Source: Cellvibrionales bacterium (GTDB taxonomy: Bacteria; Pseudomonadota; Gammaproteobacteria; Pseudomonadales; UBA7239). From it: a stretch of DNA of 64,000 nt. The stretch covers positions 923,762 through 987,761 of the forward strand of contig JADJPU010000001.1 of NCBI GenBank assembly GCA_016713115.1, given 5' to 3'. Every line of letters begins with the position of its first letter. The first letter of the stretch is position 1. A model generated the notes under the pieces. The model made no database searches, had not been told where the DNA came from, and worked only from the letters and a program-made list of their open reading frames with translations. Positions 19,376-30,874 of this stretch are shown piece after piece. Both the position numbers and the translations under genes were made by a program.

Positions 19376-20268
19376 AAACATTTCGCCCACTCCAGAAAAA
19401 AATTCCACCCACGGTGCATGAACTGTGGCAGCTCATGCGCTTGGATAAACCTATCGGCATTTTGTTGCTGCTGTGGCCGACGCTGTGGACGCTGTGGCTC
19501 GCCGCTGGCGGTTTTCCCTCGTGGAAAAATCTCATTATTTTTTCTGTCGGTTGCGTGTTGATGCGCTCCGCTGGTTGTGTGATTAACGATTACGCAGATC
19601 GCCATTACGATCTGCATGTCAGCCGCACACACGACCGCCCACTCACCGCCGGCCGCATCAAACCCGGTTACGCGCTGCTGCTGTGTGCCGCGTTATGCAT
19701 GCTGTCTTTTTTTCTGGTGCTGCTCACCAATGCACTCACCATCAAACTCGCATTTGCCGCGCTCGCGCTCGCGGCGATTTATCCGTTTTGTAAACGCTAC
19801 ACCCACATGCCACAAATCGTACTCGGCGCAGCCTTCGGTTGGTCTATTCCTATGGCGTGGGCTGCGCAAACAAACGCGCTGGCGCCACAGGCTTGGTTAA
19901 TTTTTGCCATGGCGCTGTTGTGGACGCTGGTATATGACACTTTTTATGCAATGGTCGATCGCGCCGATGATTTGAAAATTGGCATTCGCTCCACCGCAAT
20001 TTTATTTGGCGATGCCGACCGCGCCATCACCGGCGTATTGCAAGTGTTGGTACTGATGGGCCTATTGCTGATGGGGAAACGCTTTCAACTGCATTGGCCA
20101 TATTTTATTTCGATTGCCATTGCCGCCAGTTTTTTTGCGTGGCAACAATATTTAATTCGCACGCGCCAACCTGTTGCGTGTTTTCGCGCTTTCTTGAACA
20201 ACCACTGGGTAGGCATGGTGGTTTTTATCGGCATTGCCATCAGTTACGCGCTGCCAAAAGCAGCTTAG
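19372..20268 (+). CDS. ubiA: 4-hydroxybenzoate polyprenyltransferase UbiA
   Basis: [10 protein letters not shown]...[19 protein letters not shown]...[13 protein letters not shown] (NDxxDxxxD), polytopic. Start at ATG 19372, in frame within track ORF 19060..20268. Confidence 0.9.
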   Translation: MKTFRPLQKKIPPTVHELWQLMRLDKPIGILLLLWPTLWTLWLAAGGFPSWKNLIIFSVGCVLMRSAGCVINDYADRHYDLHVSRTHDRPLTAGRIKPGYALLLCAALCMLSFFLVLLTNALTIKLAFAALALAAIYPFCKRYTHMPQIVLGAAFGWSIPMAWAAQTNALAPQAWLIFAMALLWTLVYDTFYAMVDRADDLKIGIRSTAILFGDADRAITGVLQVLVLMGLLLMGKRFQLHWPYFISIAIAASFFAWQQYLIRTRQPVACFRAFLNNHWVGMVVFIGIAISYALPKAA

Positions 20269-20300
20269 TATTTTTTATTTTTCAATCGAGGAATTTTTAT

Positions 20301-21020
20301 ATGCAACGCCCTAGCGGTAGAAAACCGGATCAACTGCGCGCCGTGCGCATCACGCGCCACTACACACGCCACGCTGAAGGCTCGGTGTTGGTGGAGTTTG
20401 GTGACACCAAAGTGATTTGCACCGCAACCGTCACCGCCGGTGTGCCGCGTTTTATGAAAGGCGAAGGGCGCGGCTGGGTTACTGCCGAATACGGCATGCT
20501 GCCGCGATCCACCGGCAGCCGTATGGATCGCGAAGCTGCGCGCGGCAAACAAGGTGGGCGCACGGTAGAGATTCAACGCTTGATCGGTCGCTCACTGCGC
20601 GCAGCGGTAGACACCAAAAAACTGGGCGAAAACACTATCGTGATTGACTGCGATGTTATCCAAGCAGACGGCGGCACACGCACGGCATCGATCACCGGCG
20701 CCTGTGTAGCGTTGGCGGATGCCATTGCCTTTATGCAAAAGAAAAAAATGATTACAGACAACCCGCTCACACGCATGATCGCTTCGGTTTCAGTCGGCAT
20801 GTATCAAGGCAGCGCCGTGTTGGATCTCGACTACCCCGAAGATTCCAGCGCAGAAACCGATATGAATGTGGTGATGGGCGAAGACGGTGGTTTTATCGAA
20901 ATTCAAGGCACAGCAGAGGGTGCGCCGTTCAGTGAAACGGAATTTCAAGCGATGTTAGCTCTGGCAAAAACCGGCATCACCAGCTTAGTGGCTGCGCAAA
21001 AAGCAGCGCTCGCTTCCTAA
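20301..21020 (+). CDS. rph: ribonuclease PH
   Basis: [42 protein letters not shown]...[15 protein letters not shown]..., 239 aa from ATG 20301. Confidence 0.95.
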   Translation: MQRPSGRKPDQLRAVRITRHYTRHAEGSVLVEFGDTKVICTATVTAGVPRFMKGEGRGWVTAEYGMLPRSTGSRMDREAARGKQGGRTVEIQRLIGRSLRAAVDTKKLGENTIVIDCDVIQADGGTRTASITGACVALADAIAFMQKKKMITDNPLTRMIASVSVGMYQGSAVLDLDYPEDSSAETDMNVVMGEDGGFIEIQGTAEGAPFSETEFQAMLALAKTGITSLVAAQKAALAS

Positions 21021-21029
21021 CGCAGTCGA

Positions 21030-21797
21030 TCAAAATAACTCGATGTCGTAATCCGCAAACACAGGGATGTGGCTGGAAAACACGCGGTTGTTGCAATAAT
21101 GCACAGTGCGTACGGCAGAGGTAAACTCGGGTGAGATCACCTGCGCATCCACGCGCCAGCCATCGCCGTCACCTACCGTGCCAGATGGCCACCAGCTAAA
21201 AATATCGCGATCAGAACTCACCATACGCAACGCATCGCGGTAATCGAATTCGTTGTATAGACTATTCAGCCACTCGCGCTCAAACGGCAAAAAACCTGGC
21301 GACGACTGATGACTCTCCCACTGCTGTACATCTACTTTCTGATGAACCATGTTCCAGTTGCAACACAGAATATAGCGACGGCGGCGATTGCTAATTTTCT
21401 TGAAGTGATCTTGCAAGCAATCCAGAAAACGCATGCGCGCTTCTATTGATTTCGGATTTTGTTTTGCAGGGGGGACAAACAGAGAAACCACGCTAAAGTG
21501 TTCAAAATCCGCGCGCAGATAAGTGCCATCGAGATCAACTTCTGGATTAAAACCAAATCCCGGCATCACGGCACGCGGCAACTGACGCGTGTAAATAGCC
21601 ACGCCGCGTCTGCCATCTGCACGATCACAAAAATACGCGTGATAGCCCGATGGAAAACAAGCGTCGCTTAAACGATCTTCACTGGCGCGCAAATCTTGCA
21701 GACAAATCACATCCGCCGCTTGCTGCTCCAGCCAAGCAAACAAACCGCGACTGGCGGCCTGTTCAATACCATCAACACTGAGACTGATAATACGCAT
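21030..21797 (-). CDS. crc: catabolite repression control protein Crc (exonuclease III/EEP fold)
   Basis: MRIISLSVDGIEQAASRGLFAWLEQQAADVICLQDLRAS... closely parallels P. aeruginosa Crc (MRIISVNVNGIQAAAERGLLSWLQAQNADVICLQDTRAS...). It sits between rph and pyrE, as crc does in Pseudomonas. Start at ATG 21797. Confidence 0.75.
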   Translation of the reverse strand: MRIISLSVDGIEQAASRGLFAWLEQQAADVICLQDLRASEDRLSDACFPSGYHAYFCDRADGRRGVAIYTRQLPRAVMPGFGFNPEVDLDGTYLRADFEHFSVVSLFVPPAKQNPKSIEARMRFLDCLQDHFKKISNRRRRYILCCNWNMVHQKVDVQQWESHQSSPGFLPFEREWLNSLYNEFDYRDALRMVSSDRDIFSWWPSGTVGDGDGWRVDAQVISPEFTSAVRTVHYCNNRVFSSHIPVFADYDIELF

Positions 21798-21888
21798 CGT
21801 GCGCTCACACCCGACTAAATTGGCGACAATGTTATAGACTTCGCCGCCTTCGGTCTGCTTTTTTAACTCGGCTTTTTTGGAAAACCTC

Positions 21889-22539
21889 ATGCAAGACTAT
21901 CAGCAGCAATTTATTCAATTGGCACTGGCGCACCAAGCACTGCGCTTTGGCGAGTTCACCCTCAAATCCGGCAGAACCAGCCCCTATTTTTTTAATGCCG
22001 GTCAATTTTACAGTGGCGGCGCACTCGCCGATTTGGGTCGCTGCTATGCCGCCGCCTTGGTTGCCTCCGGCATTGAATTCGACATGCTGTTCGGCCCCGC
22101 CTACAAAGGCATACCGCTGGTTAGCAGCATCGCGATTGCCTTGGCGCGCGATTTCGGGCGCGATGTGCCATGGTGTTTCAATCGTAAAGAAGCCAAAGAC
22201 CACGGCGAAGGCGGCTCGCTCGTCGGCGCGCCGCTGCAAGGCAAGGTAGTGATTGTGGATGATGTGATCACTGCCGGCACCGCCATCGGCGAGGTGATGC
22301 AGATTTTTGCTCGCTACCCGCAGGCCAGTGTCAGCGCCATTTTGATCGGCCTAGACCGCCAAGAACGCGGACAGGAAGGCTCGCTGTCGGCGGCGCAAAC
22401 GGTCAGCCAGCGATATAGCGTCCCTGTTCTCAGCGTACTGGGCTTGAACGAGCTGATCAGTTTTTTGCAACAAGCCAACGATCAACCCGTCGCACTCGCC
22501 GCCATCCAACGCTACCGCGAGCAATACGGCACGCACTGA
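21889..22539 (+). CDS. pyrE: orotate phosphoribosyltransferase
   Basis: [13 protein letters not shown]...[19 protein letters not shown]...[10 protein letters not shown]...[12 protein letters not shown]...[14 protein letters not shown], near-collinear with E. coli PyrE. Confidence 0.95.
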   Translation: MQDYQQQFIQLALAHQALRFGEFTLKSGRTSPYFFNAGQFYSGGALADLGRCYAAALVASGIEFDMLFGPAYKGIPLVSSIAIALARDFGRDVPWCFNRKEAKDHGEGGSLVGAPLQGKVVIVDDVITAGTAIGEVMQIFARYPQASVSAILIGLDRQERGQEGSLSAAQTVSQRYSVPVLSVLGLNELISFLQQANDQPVALAAIQRYREQYGTH

Positions 22540-22600
22540 ACCTTTACAGCAGGCAACGCTCTGCTTAGAGTGCCTCTACATCCGACAGGTGGTCCATCTC

Positions 22601-23275
22601 ATGCTCACTCAGCCAACCCGCTCCTCTCTCACACTGCGCAACACCTGTTCTGGTTTTTTGCTTAGTGCATCGCTAATGGTACTGATCAACACCGTTAATG
22701 CCGAGGCGCCAAAATCCACAGAGCCACACATGTACCGTTACACCAATGACAAAGGCGCATTGGTGACTAGCAACAGCATCACCCCCGAATACGCACGCAA
22801 GGGTTATCAAATTGTGACGGTGACTGGCGTGGTGTTATCAACCGTTGCACCGGAACCCACAGCGGAACAACGCGCGCAATTAGCACAACAAGAAAAAGAC
22901 AAACTGACTGCCGAACAGCAAAAAGTCCACGACAGAGAGCTGTTATTGCGCTACAACAGTTTGGACGATATCAATGTCGCCAAAAAAAGACGGCTGGATG
23001 AAATCAACAACCAGATCGTGTTGCTCAACTCCAATGCCGGCACACTGAAATCACAAATGGATAGCGAACACCAACGCGCCGCTATCTTTGAACGCAATGG
23101 ACAGCCTATTCCCCAAGTGCAGTTGGATAAAATTGCAGATTTGCAGCAGGCCATCAAGGTAACGGAAGACCAAGTGGCACAGCGCAAACAAGAATTGGTT
23201 GACGAAACCGCGCGTTTTGACAAAGACACCGAACGCCTGATTCTTCTCAACAAAAATCGCGGCAAACAGTTATAG
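22601..23275 (+). CDS. secreted coiled-coil protein, unknown function (possibly a DUF4124-like N-terminus)
   Basis: ATG 22601. Signal peptide ...LMVLINTVNA/EA, then YRYTNDKGALVTSNSI and a long Q/E/K/L-rich heptad-like C-terminal half. Confidence 0.55.
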   Translation: MLTQPTRSSLTLRNTCSGFLLSASLMVLINTVNAEAPKSTEPHMYRYTNDKGALVTSNSITPEYARKGYQIVTVTGVVLSTVAPEPTAEQRAQLAQQEKDKLTAEQQKVHDRELLLRYNSLDDINVAKKRRLDEINNQIVLLNSNAGTLKSQMDSEHQRAAIFERNGQPIPQVQLDKIADLQQAIKVTEDQVAQRKQELVDETARFDKDTERLILLNKNRGKQL

Positions 23276-23278
23276 GCA

Positions 23279-23899
23279 TTAAAACGCCGAGGCGCGCGGC
23301 GACAGCACGCCCAAGCGCAGCACCAGCCATTGCTCTTGCCAACCTTGCGTAGGTGTATCGCGGAAACCGCTGCGCGCGTACTGACTGATTTTTCCATCTA
23401 AAAACGCCACTAGCAGCGCCGCTGACTGCGAAGGCGTCGCAACCGTACGCAAATTTTCTTTGACTTCTGCATCGCGAAACACTTGTTTTAACTGCGTGTT
23501 GATCCGGTCAAAAAATTGCGTGACTCGCAACCGCAACTTGTCGCGCTCACCAGCAAGCGCATCGCCGTATAACAATCGCGCTAAGCCCGGATTTTTTTCC
23601 GCAAATACCAGCACCAGCCACAGAATTTTTTCGCAGCGTGTCGCTGCCGTCTGCTCTTCTTCCATGATGTGACTGACACGCGAAAAAATCACCTCTTCAA
23701 TATACTCAATCAAACCCTCGTACATTTTGTATTTGCTGGGAAAGTGCCGATACAACGCGGCTTCGGAAACGCCAACTGTTTTTGCCAAGCCAGCGGTCGT
23801 AATCAACTCCCCTGGAAACTGCTCTAACATCTGCGCCAAGGCCTGCAAAATTTGCTGTTTACGCGAAGGTTTTTGTGCTTTTGCCGCTTGGTCCGTCAT
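23279..23899 (-). CDS. slmA: nucleoid occlusion factor SlmA (TetR family)
   Basis: ...[57 protein letters not shown]... is collinear with E. coli SlmA (REEILQSLALMLES...[37 protein letters not shown]). The neighbourhood near pyrE is conserved. Confidence 0.85.
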   Translation of the reverse strand: [206 protein letters not shown]

Positions 23900-23919
23900 C
23901 TCATATCAACCCATCAAAC

Positions 23920-24834
<915 letters not shown>

Positions 24835-24839
24835 TTAAA

Positions 24840-27296
24840 TTAGAAAGGCAATGGCAGTCCGCTATCCACTTGCTGCAGCTGCTGTTTAAACACATTTTTC
24901 ACCGTGGCAAGTGAATCGGCATCGTCAGCTTCAAAACGCAGCGTCAATTCTGCCGCAGTATTGGACGCACGCACCAAGCCCCAGCCTTTGGCAAAATCCA
25001 CGCGCACACCATCCAGTGTCGAAACCTTGCCATTGCCCCAATCGCCGCCGTCGATCAGGCGTTTCACCAACGAAAACTTTTTATCTTCCGGCACGGCAAT
25101 ACGAATCTCTGGCGTACTGCATGACGATGGGAAGTCAGAAAAAATATCATCCAAACTCTGGTCGCGTATCGACATAATTTCGATCAAACGCACAGCGCTA
25201 TACACGCCATCATCAATACCAAACCAGCGTTCTTTGAAGAAAATATGCCCGCTCAGTTCGCCGCCGAGCATCGCGCCGGTTTCCACCATTTTGTTGCGGA
25301 TATGTGAGTGTCCACTCTTACACATCACTGGACGGCCGCCACAACTACTGATCAGCGCATTCAAACGACGCGTGGATTTCACATCGAAAACAATATCGGT
25401 ACCTGGATTACGCGACACCACATCTTTTGCAAACAGCATCATCAAACAATCCGGCAAAATCACTTCGCCGGTAGCCGTGACCACCGCCAAGCGATCTCCG
25501 TCGCCATCAAATGCCACACCGAGATCTGCGCCTTCGTTTTTCACCGCTTCAATCAAATCATTTAAGTTTGATAACACACTCGGATCCGGTTGATGGTACG
25601 GGAAGGTGCCATCCATATCGCAATACAGCGGCACCACATCGCAACCCAATTCTTCCAACAAACGCGGCGCAACCACACTCGCTACACCGCTACCGCAATC
25701 CACCACCACTTTGTAACTGCCTGCCAACACCACATCCGACACAATATGATCAATATACGCATCGATAATTTCTTGTTCGCTGTACTCGCCTTCATTTTCA
25801 CTTTCACAAAAATTGCCGGTCTGTACTCGCTCACGAATGTGTTGAATTTCTTCACTCGCCAGCGTATGGCCATCGATCACCATTTTGAAACCGTTATCCG
25901 CCGCTGGATTGTGGCTGGCAGTGACCATAATGCCGCAACTGGTTTCTGGCAAAGTTTGCGTAGCAAAATTCATCAGCGGTGTGGGCACAGTGCCGATGTC
26001 CACCACGGAACAACCTGTCATCAATAAACCTTCGCGCACTGCATCTTTTAAGCGATATGTCGACAAACGCCCGTCACCGGCCAACACCACGCGTGAGTGG
26101 CCCTTTTCAATACACGCACTGCCAAACGCGCGCCCAATGCGTGTAGCCAAAGCATCAGACAGTTCGTTATCTGCGTTACCGCGAATATCGTAGTCGCGAA
26201 AAATGGTTGTCGGCACCACAAAATTGTCCGTGCCTGCCGTTGTTTTAACTGGCTGTGCCGTCTTGGGATTAATGGCGCGCACCTCTAGCACATCGTCATC
26301 TAAATCCAAATCAAACACATCGCCAGATTGGAACAAGGGATCCACCAAACCCGTGTCAGCATCGCCCTGTGCGGCATTGGCAGCGGCAAACTCCTCTTTA
26401 TCAATTTTGCGCGCGCCTTTGATCTGAATTGGCGTAAAGTGTTCGGCTTCAGACTTTTTCAGCAATTGTGCTGCGCGGCGATTTATTAGCACCAAGACCA
26501 CCACGCACAGAATCAGCGCAACACCTTGCGTGGCATACAACCAAAAAGCAGCCCAAGTATTTTCTTGCAACAGAGTCTCGCCTGGCACAACTTTCACTTT
26601 CCAATGCGGAACTTTGGTTTCCATTTCACTGCTAACTTGTTCCATGCGTTCGCCGTTACCAGTACGAAATACCACTTGCGCCACACCTCCGGGAAAGCGT
26701 TGCTGCAAAATAGTCTCGCCTATTTCTGGCTTCACTTTTCCAAGATTGTCACTAAAAACATGTTCATTTGTGATAATCAATACAAAGCCAACAATCTTTC
26801 CTGACTCATCATTTACAGGCAGCAAAAAGTCGAATACTCGATTATTGCTCTCCCCAAATGCCTCTGGATAAATTGCCGATTTATTTTCAATGGATGTCAG
26901 ACGATCAAGCTGCGAAAACCGCAAATTCAATGATGAATAATCATTGCTAACAGGAATCAAGCGCACATCAACCACGCCCATATTGGCATTGGCTGCTTTC
27001 AACTGCTCAGCGATGGCTGGCAAAGCATCTGTACCCACTTGCTGTAGAGCTTGGGCAATCCCAAAACTTTTTATTTGCGATGTCAGCACAGTTTGAAATT
27101 TATCGATGTCCGTGTTCAGCACCTCAGCCTGTGTTATTGCTACTGCATCAACGGCTTTGCTAATACTATTCACATTGAGACTATCAAAATAGCGCGGTGC
27201 CTGAACGACTACCGCCAAGGCAACAATCACTGCTAACACAGCCATTAAAATTAGCGGGTTCTTTTCCTGACTACTTAATGCGCCCAAATGTTTCAC
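24840..27296 (-). CDS. algC: phosphomannomutase/phosphoglucomutase (AlgC-like) with a ~360-aa membrane-anchored N-terminal extension
   Basis: The C-terminal ~455 aa (nt 24840-~26204) carry IFRDYDIRG, the phosphoserine loop TASHNPAADNGFK and the FDGDGDR Mg loop. The N-terminal part has two TM segments (LILMAVLAVIVALAVVVQ; FWLYATQGVALILCVVVLVLI) flanking a ~210-aa region, in one uninterrupted ORF. Confidence 0.85.
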   Translation of the reverse strand: MKHLGALSSQEKNPLILMAVLAVIVALAVVVQAPRYFDSLNVNSISKAVDAVAITQAEVLNTDIDKFQTVLTSQIKSFGIAQALQQVGTDALPAIAEQLKAANANMGVVDVRLIPVSNDYSSLNLRFSQLDRLTSIENKSAIYPEAFGESNNRVFDFLLPVNDESGKIVGFVLIITNEHVFSDNLGKVKPEIGETILQQRFPGGVAQVVFRTGNGERMEQVSSEMETKVPHWKVKVVPGETLLQENTWAAFWLYATQGVALILCVVVLVLINRRAAQLLKKSEAEHFTPIQIKGARKIDKEEFAAANAAQGDADTGLVDPLFQSGDVFDLDLDDDVLEVRAINPKTAQPVKTTAGTDNFVVPTTIFRDYDIRGNADNELSDALATRIGRAFGSACIEKGHSRVVLAGDGRLSTYRLKDAVREGLLMTGCSVVDIGTVPTPLMNFATQTLPETSCGIMVTASHNPAADNGFKMVIDGHTLASEEIQHIRERVQTGNFCESENEGEYSEQEIIDAYIDHIVSDVVLAGSYKVVVDCGSGVASVVAPRLLEELGCDVVPLYCDMDGTFPYHQPDPSVLSNLNDLIEAVKNEGADLGVAFDGDGDRLAVVTATGEVILPDCLMMLFAKDVVSRNPGTDIVFDVKSTRRLNALISSCGGRPVMCKSGHSHIRNKMVETGAMLGGELSGHIFFKERWFGIDDGVYSAVRLIEIMSIRDQSLDDIFSDFPSSCSTPEIRIAVPEDKKFSLVKRLIDGGDWGNGKVSTLDGVRVDFAKGWGLVRASNTAAELTLRFEADDADSLATVKNVFKQQLQQVDSGLPLPF

Positions 27297-27323
27297 GCGT
27301 TTCTGCTCTCCATCAAAAACTTT

Positions 27324-28525
27324 TTACTTGTTATTGTGTTTTGCAATTAAACGAACAATATTTTCTGCCAGTTGCTGCTTGCTCATGACAGGAAACTCTT
27401 GTTGCCCGTCACACCAAAATACCGTTGCTGCGTTGTCGTCACTGGAAAAGCCAATGCCAGCTTGACTCACATCGTTGGCGACGATCATGTCCAGTTTTTT
27501 CTTTGCATTTTGTCGCGCGCATATTCTGCTACGCACTGCGTCTCGGCGGCAAAGCCCACCGTAAACGGCTTGCGCGCCAAAGCGGCAACGCTGGCAATAA
27601 TATCGGGATTTTTCACCAGTTCTAGCGTCAGCGTATCCGCCGCCTGTTTTTTAATTTTGTCCGCCGCCACGGCTGCAGGGCGATAATCAGCCACAGCTGC
27701 TGTGGCGACGATGATGTCGAACCCGTCAATCTCTGCCATCACCGCATCAAACATTTCCTGCGCGCTCACCACATCTTTGCGCTGCACGCGCGGCGGTGTC
27801 GGCAACGCAACGGGGCCCGCGATTACCGTGGTCAATGCACCGGCATCGGCACAAGCCTGCGCCAGCGCAAAACCCATCTTTCCCGAGCTGTAATTGCTGA
27901 TGTAGCGCACGGGGTCTAGCGCCTCGCGCGTAGGGCCTGCGGTGATCAGCACGCGCTTGCCCGCCAACAGCCCCGATTCAAAGCGCGCGGCCAGTTTTTG
28001 CAGCAACTCATCCACTTCCAGCATGCGGCCAAAACCCACATCGCCGCAGGCTTGCACGCCCTCGGCCGGCCCCCACAGGGCAATACCGCGTGCCGTGAGC
28101 TGTTCGGCGTTCGCGCGCGTGGCCGGATTGCGCCACATACCTTGATTCATCGCCGGCGCTAAACACACAGGGGCGCGCGTAGCGAGGCACACGGCCGTTA
28201 GCAAATCGTTGGCTTGGCCCTGCACCAAGCGCGCCATGAAATCTGCGCTTGCAGGCGCGACCAACAGCACATCAGCCCAGCGCGCTAATTCAATATGTCC
28301 CATGCCTGCTTCGGCTTCTGGGTCGAGCAGGGTGGTGTGCACTGGGTTGCCCGACAGCGCCTGCAAGGTCAGCGGCGTAATAAATTCGATGGCGGCGGGC
28401 GTCATGATGACGCGCACTGTCGCGCCGCAATCCTGTAGGCGACGCACCAGTTCTGCCGCTTTGTACGCCGCGATGCCGCCGGTAATTCCGAGCAGCACTT
28501 GTCTATTGGCCAGCGAAGCAGTCAT
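27324..28525 (-). pseudogene. coaBC: bifunctional phosphopantothenoylcysteine decarboxylase/synthetase CoaBC (Dfp); frame broken at a T6/A6 run (27495-27500) as assembled
   Basis: [22 protein letters not shown]... (flavoprotein CoaC), ...NYSSGKMG... (CoaB). ORF 27485..28579 ends ...[11 protein letters not shown], and the true tail ([29 protein letters not shown]...) is in ORF 27324..27536. One extra A restores about 400 aa. Confidence 0.9.
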
Positions 28526-28646
28526 GCGCAGATCCGTTTGAAAGACACGAATAATCGAGCGCGGTAAGATAGCACGCACGCAAGGACATGCGTAGCCAGC
28601 TCATTAGCTAGCACCCACTGACTTTACACAACGACAAGGAGGTTTT

Positions 28647-29321
28647 ATGCCGATTACCGATTGGCCGCTCAACGAACGCCCACGAGAAAAACTCTTGGCA
28701 CAAGGTGCGACTGCACTCTCAGATGCCGAGCTGCTCGCCATCTTTCTGCGCACCGGCACACGCGGCAAAACCGCCGTGGATTTAGCGCGCGAGCTGCTCG
28801 CCGACTTCAACGGCCTGCGCCACTTGCTCTCAGCGGATCGCCGCGAGTTCTGCGCGCGTCACGGCTTGGGGTTGGCCAGCTTTGTGCAACTGCAAGCCGT
28901 GCTGGAAATGGCGCGGCGGCACCTGATGGAAACCTTGCAGCGCGACACCGTACTCAACAACCCCGCCGAGGTGCGCCATTACCTGAAGGCGCGCCTGCGC
29001 GATTACCGGCGTGAGGTATTTGTCTGCCTGTTTCTGGATACGCAACACCGCGTGATCTGCTGCGAGGAGCTGTTTCAAGGCACGCTGGATGCCAGCAGCG
29101 TCTACCCGCGCGATGTGGTGCAGCGCGCACTGGCGCTGAATGCAGCGGCGATAATCTTCGCCCACAACCACCCTTCCGGTATTGCGGAGCCCAGTCAGGC
29201 CGATCAGCGCATCACCACCCGCCTGTGCGAAGCCCTCGCGCTGGTGGACATACGCGTGCTGGATCACATGATCGTCGGCGATGGCGCAGTGCTGTCTATG
29301 GCCGAGCGCGGCTTGTTGTGA
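28647..29321 (+). CDS. radC: RadC-family (UPF0758, JAB/MPN domain) protein
   Basis: [37 protein letters not shown]... and the HNHPSG JAMM motif. The position between coaBC and rpmB is conserved. Confidence 0.9.
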   Translation: MPITDWPLNERPREKLLAQGATALSDAELLAIFLRTGTRGKTAVDLARELLADFNGLRHLLSADRREFCARHGLGLASFVQLQAVLEMARRHLMETLQRDTVLNNPAEVRHYLKARLRDYRREVFVCLFLDTQHRVICCEELFQGTLDASSVYPRDVVQRALALNAAAIIFAHNHPSGIAEPSQADQRITTRLCEALALVDIRVLDHMIVGDGAVLSMAERGLL

Positions 29322-29343
29322 TGATCGCCTCGCGCCGTTTTGC

Positions 29344-29372
29344 TTGCCTGAACCGGCGCGCTCTGGTATAAA
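29344..29372 (+). promoter_or_regulatory. candidate sigma-70 promoter of rpmB-rpmG
   Basis: TTGCCT (29344-29349), a 17-nt spacer, then extended -10 TGgTATAAA (29364-29372). A GCGACCC/GGGTCGC hairpin (29389-29416) lies in the predicted 5' UTR. Confidence 0.45.
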
Positions 29373-29437
29373 GCGCAGCTCTTTTTTTGCGACCCTCTCC
29401 CCCCGTGCTGGGTCGCCGTTTCAATAACAGGTGTTCC

Positions 29438-29674
29438 ATGTCCAGAGTCTGTCAGGTAACCGGCAAAAAACCTATCACCGGTAACAATGTTTCCCACGCG
29501 ATGAACCGCACGCGCCGTCGCTTCGAGCCCAATCTGCACTATCACCGCTTTTGGGTAGCCACCGAAAACCGCTTCGTGCGTCTGCGCGTTTCTGCCAAAG
29601 GCATGCGCATCATCGACAAACTGGGCATCGACTCCGTCTTGGCGAGCATTCGCGCCAACGGCGAAAAAGTCTGA
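29438..29674 (+). CDS. rpmB: 50S ribosomal protein L28
   Basis: [34 protein letters not shown]..., 78 aa from the internal ATG 29438. Confidence 0.95.
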   Translation: MSRVCQVTGKKPITGNNVSHAMNRTRRRFEPNLHYHRFWVATENRFVRLRVSAKGMRIIDKLGIDSVLASIRANGEKV

Positions 29675-29703
29675 TTCGCTTTTACTGATAGGAGCAACGC
29701 ATC

Positions 29704-29859
29704 ATGCGCGACAAAATTCGTTTGGTTTCCTCTGCTGGCACTGGCCACTTTTACACCACCGACAAAAACAAACGCACCATGCCGGAAAAAATGGAGATCA
29801 AAAAATTTGATCCCGTGATTCGCCAGCATGTGATCTACAAAGAAGCGAAGATCAAGTAA
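29704..29859 (+). CDS. rpmG: 50S ribosomal protein L33
   Basis: Not in the ORF track (under 60 aa). My translation is [51 protein letters not shown], ending at TAA 29857-29859. This is typical L33, directly after rpmB. Confidence 0.9.
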   Translation: MRDKIRLVSSAGTGHFYTTDKNKRTMPEKMEIKKFDPVIRQHVIYKEAKIK

Positions 29860-29882
29860 GCCCTGTTTACCTGATGCTATCC

Positions 29883-29908
29883 AAAAGCCCAGTTCGCTGG
29901 GCTTTTTT
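29883..29908 (+). terminator. rho-independent terminator after rpmG
   Basis: AGCCCAG-TTCG-CTGGGCT stem-loop (29886-29903) followed by a T run. Confidence 0.75.
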
Positions 29909-29937
29909 GTCTCCGCTATTTACGCCGCACAGCCACT

Positions 29938-30759
29938 ATGCCCGAGCTGCCCGAAGTTGAAACCACTTGCCGCGGTGTAGCGCCCCACCTCGTCGGCAGC
30001 AGCATCCAACGAGCCATCGTGCGGCAGCGCCGCCTGCGCTGGCCTATCCCTGCGAGATTTGAGAAAAAAATTACCGGCCGGCGCGTGACCGCCATCGAGC
30101 GGCGCGCGAAATATCTTTTGCTGACTTTAGATGACAGCGCAACGCTGATCGTACATCTCGGCATGTCAGGCAGCCTGCGCCTGGATGATCCAACTACGCC
30201 GCACCGCAAGCACGATCACATTGAGTTGCACCTGAGCGGCGGTCTGTGTCTGCGCTACTGCGACCCACGCCGCTTCGGTGCGTGGCTGCACACCACCGAC
30301 GACCCACAACAACATGCGCTGCTGGTCGATTTGGGTCCTGAGCCCCTCAGCAAACAATTCTCTGCCAAATACCTGCAAGAGCGCCTAAAAAACCGTAAAC
30401 AGCCTATCAAAACGCTGATTATGGACAGCCATCTGGTGGTGGGGGTCGGCAATATCTACGCCAACGAAGCCCTGTTTTTGGCGGGCATACACCCGCAGCG
30501 AGCAGGGCAATCTCTAACGACCGATGACTGCCAACGCCTCGTGCAGCACATCAAACAGATTTTGCGGCGCGCTATCCAACGCGGCGGCACCACGCTGCGC
30601 GATTTTATTGGCAGCGATGGCAAGCCCGGTTACTTCGCGCAGGAGCTGCTGGTGTACGGGCGAGCCGGCGAGCCTTGCCTGCACTGCCAAGCACCGCTGG
30701 TGGAAATTCGCCTCGGCCAGCGCAGCACGGTTTTCTGCTCGCACTGCCAAACCCTGTGA
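29938..30759 (+). CDS. mutM: formamidopyrimidine-DNA glycosylase
   Basis: MPELPEVETTCRG N-terminus and a C-terminal zinc finger C..C(x16)C..C (CLHCQAPLVEIRLGQRSTVFCSHCQ). Confidence 0.95.
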   Translation: MPELPEVETTCRGVAPHLVGSSIQRAIVRQRRLRWPIPARFEKKITGRRVTAIERRAKYLLLTLDDSATLIVHLGMSGSLRLDDPTTPHRKHDHIELHLSGGLCLRYCDPRRFGAWLHTTDDPQQHALLVDLGPEPLSKQFSAKYLQERLKNRKQPIKTLIMDSHLVVGVGNIYANEALFLAGIHPQRAGQSLTTDDCQRLVQHIKQILRRAIQRGGTTLRDFIGSDGKPGYFAQELLVYGRAGEPCLHCQAPLVEIRLGQRSTVFCSHCQTL

Positions 30760-30874
30760 AGAAAAGGCTTGCAAAATGGTTTTTGCCGTATTAAGTTTAA
30801 GTGTACGCTCTCTATAAATCATAAAGTTAGGGCACACTTCTTAGAAAATACGCCAACTTCAAAGGAGCATTGGC

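Noticed and set aside
27297-27323. The expected dut gene between coaBC and algC.
   Set aside because: Only 27 bp separate the two genes, so dut is simply not at this locus. Absence from the window says nothing about the genome, so it is noted only as context.
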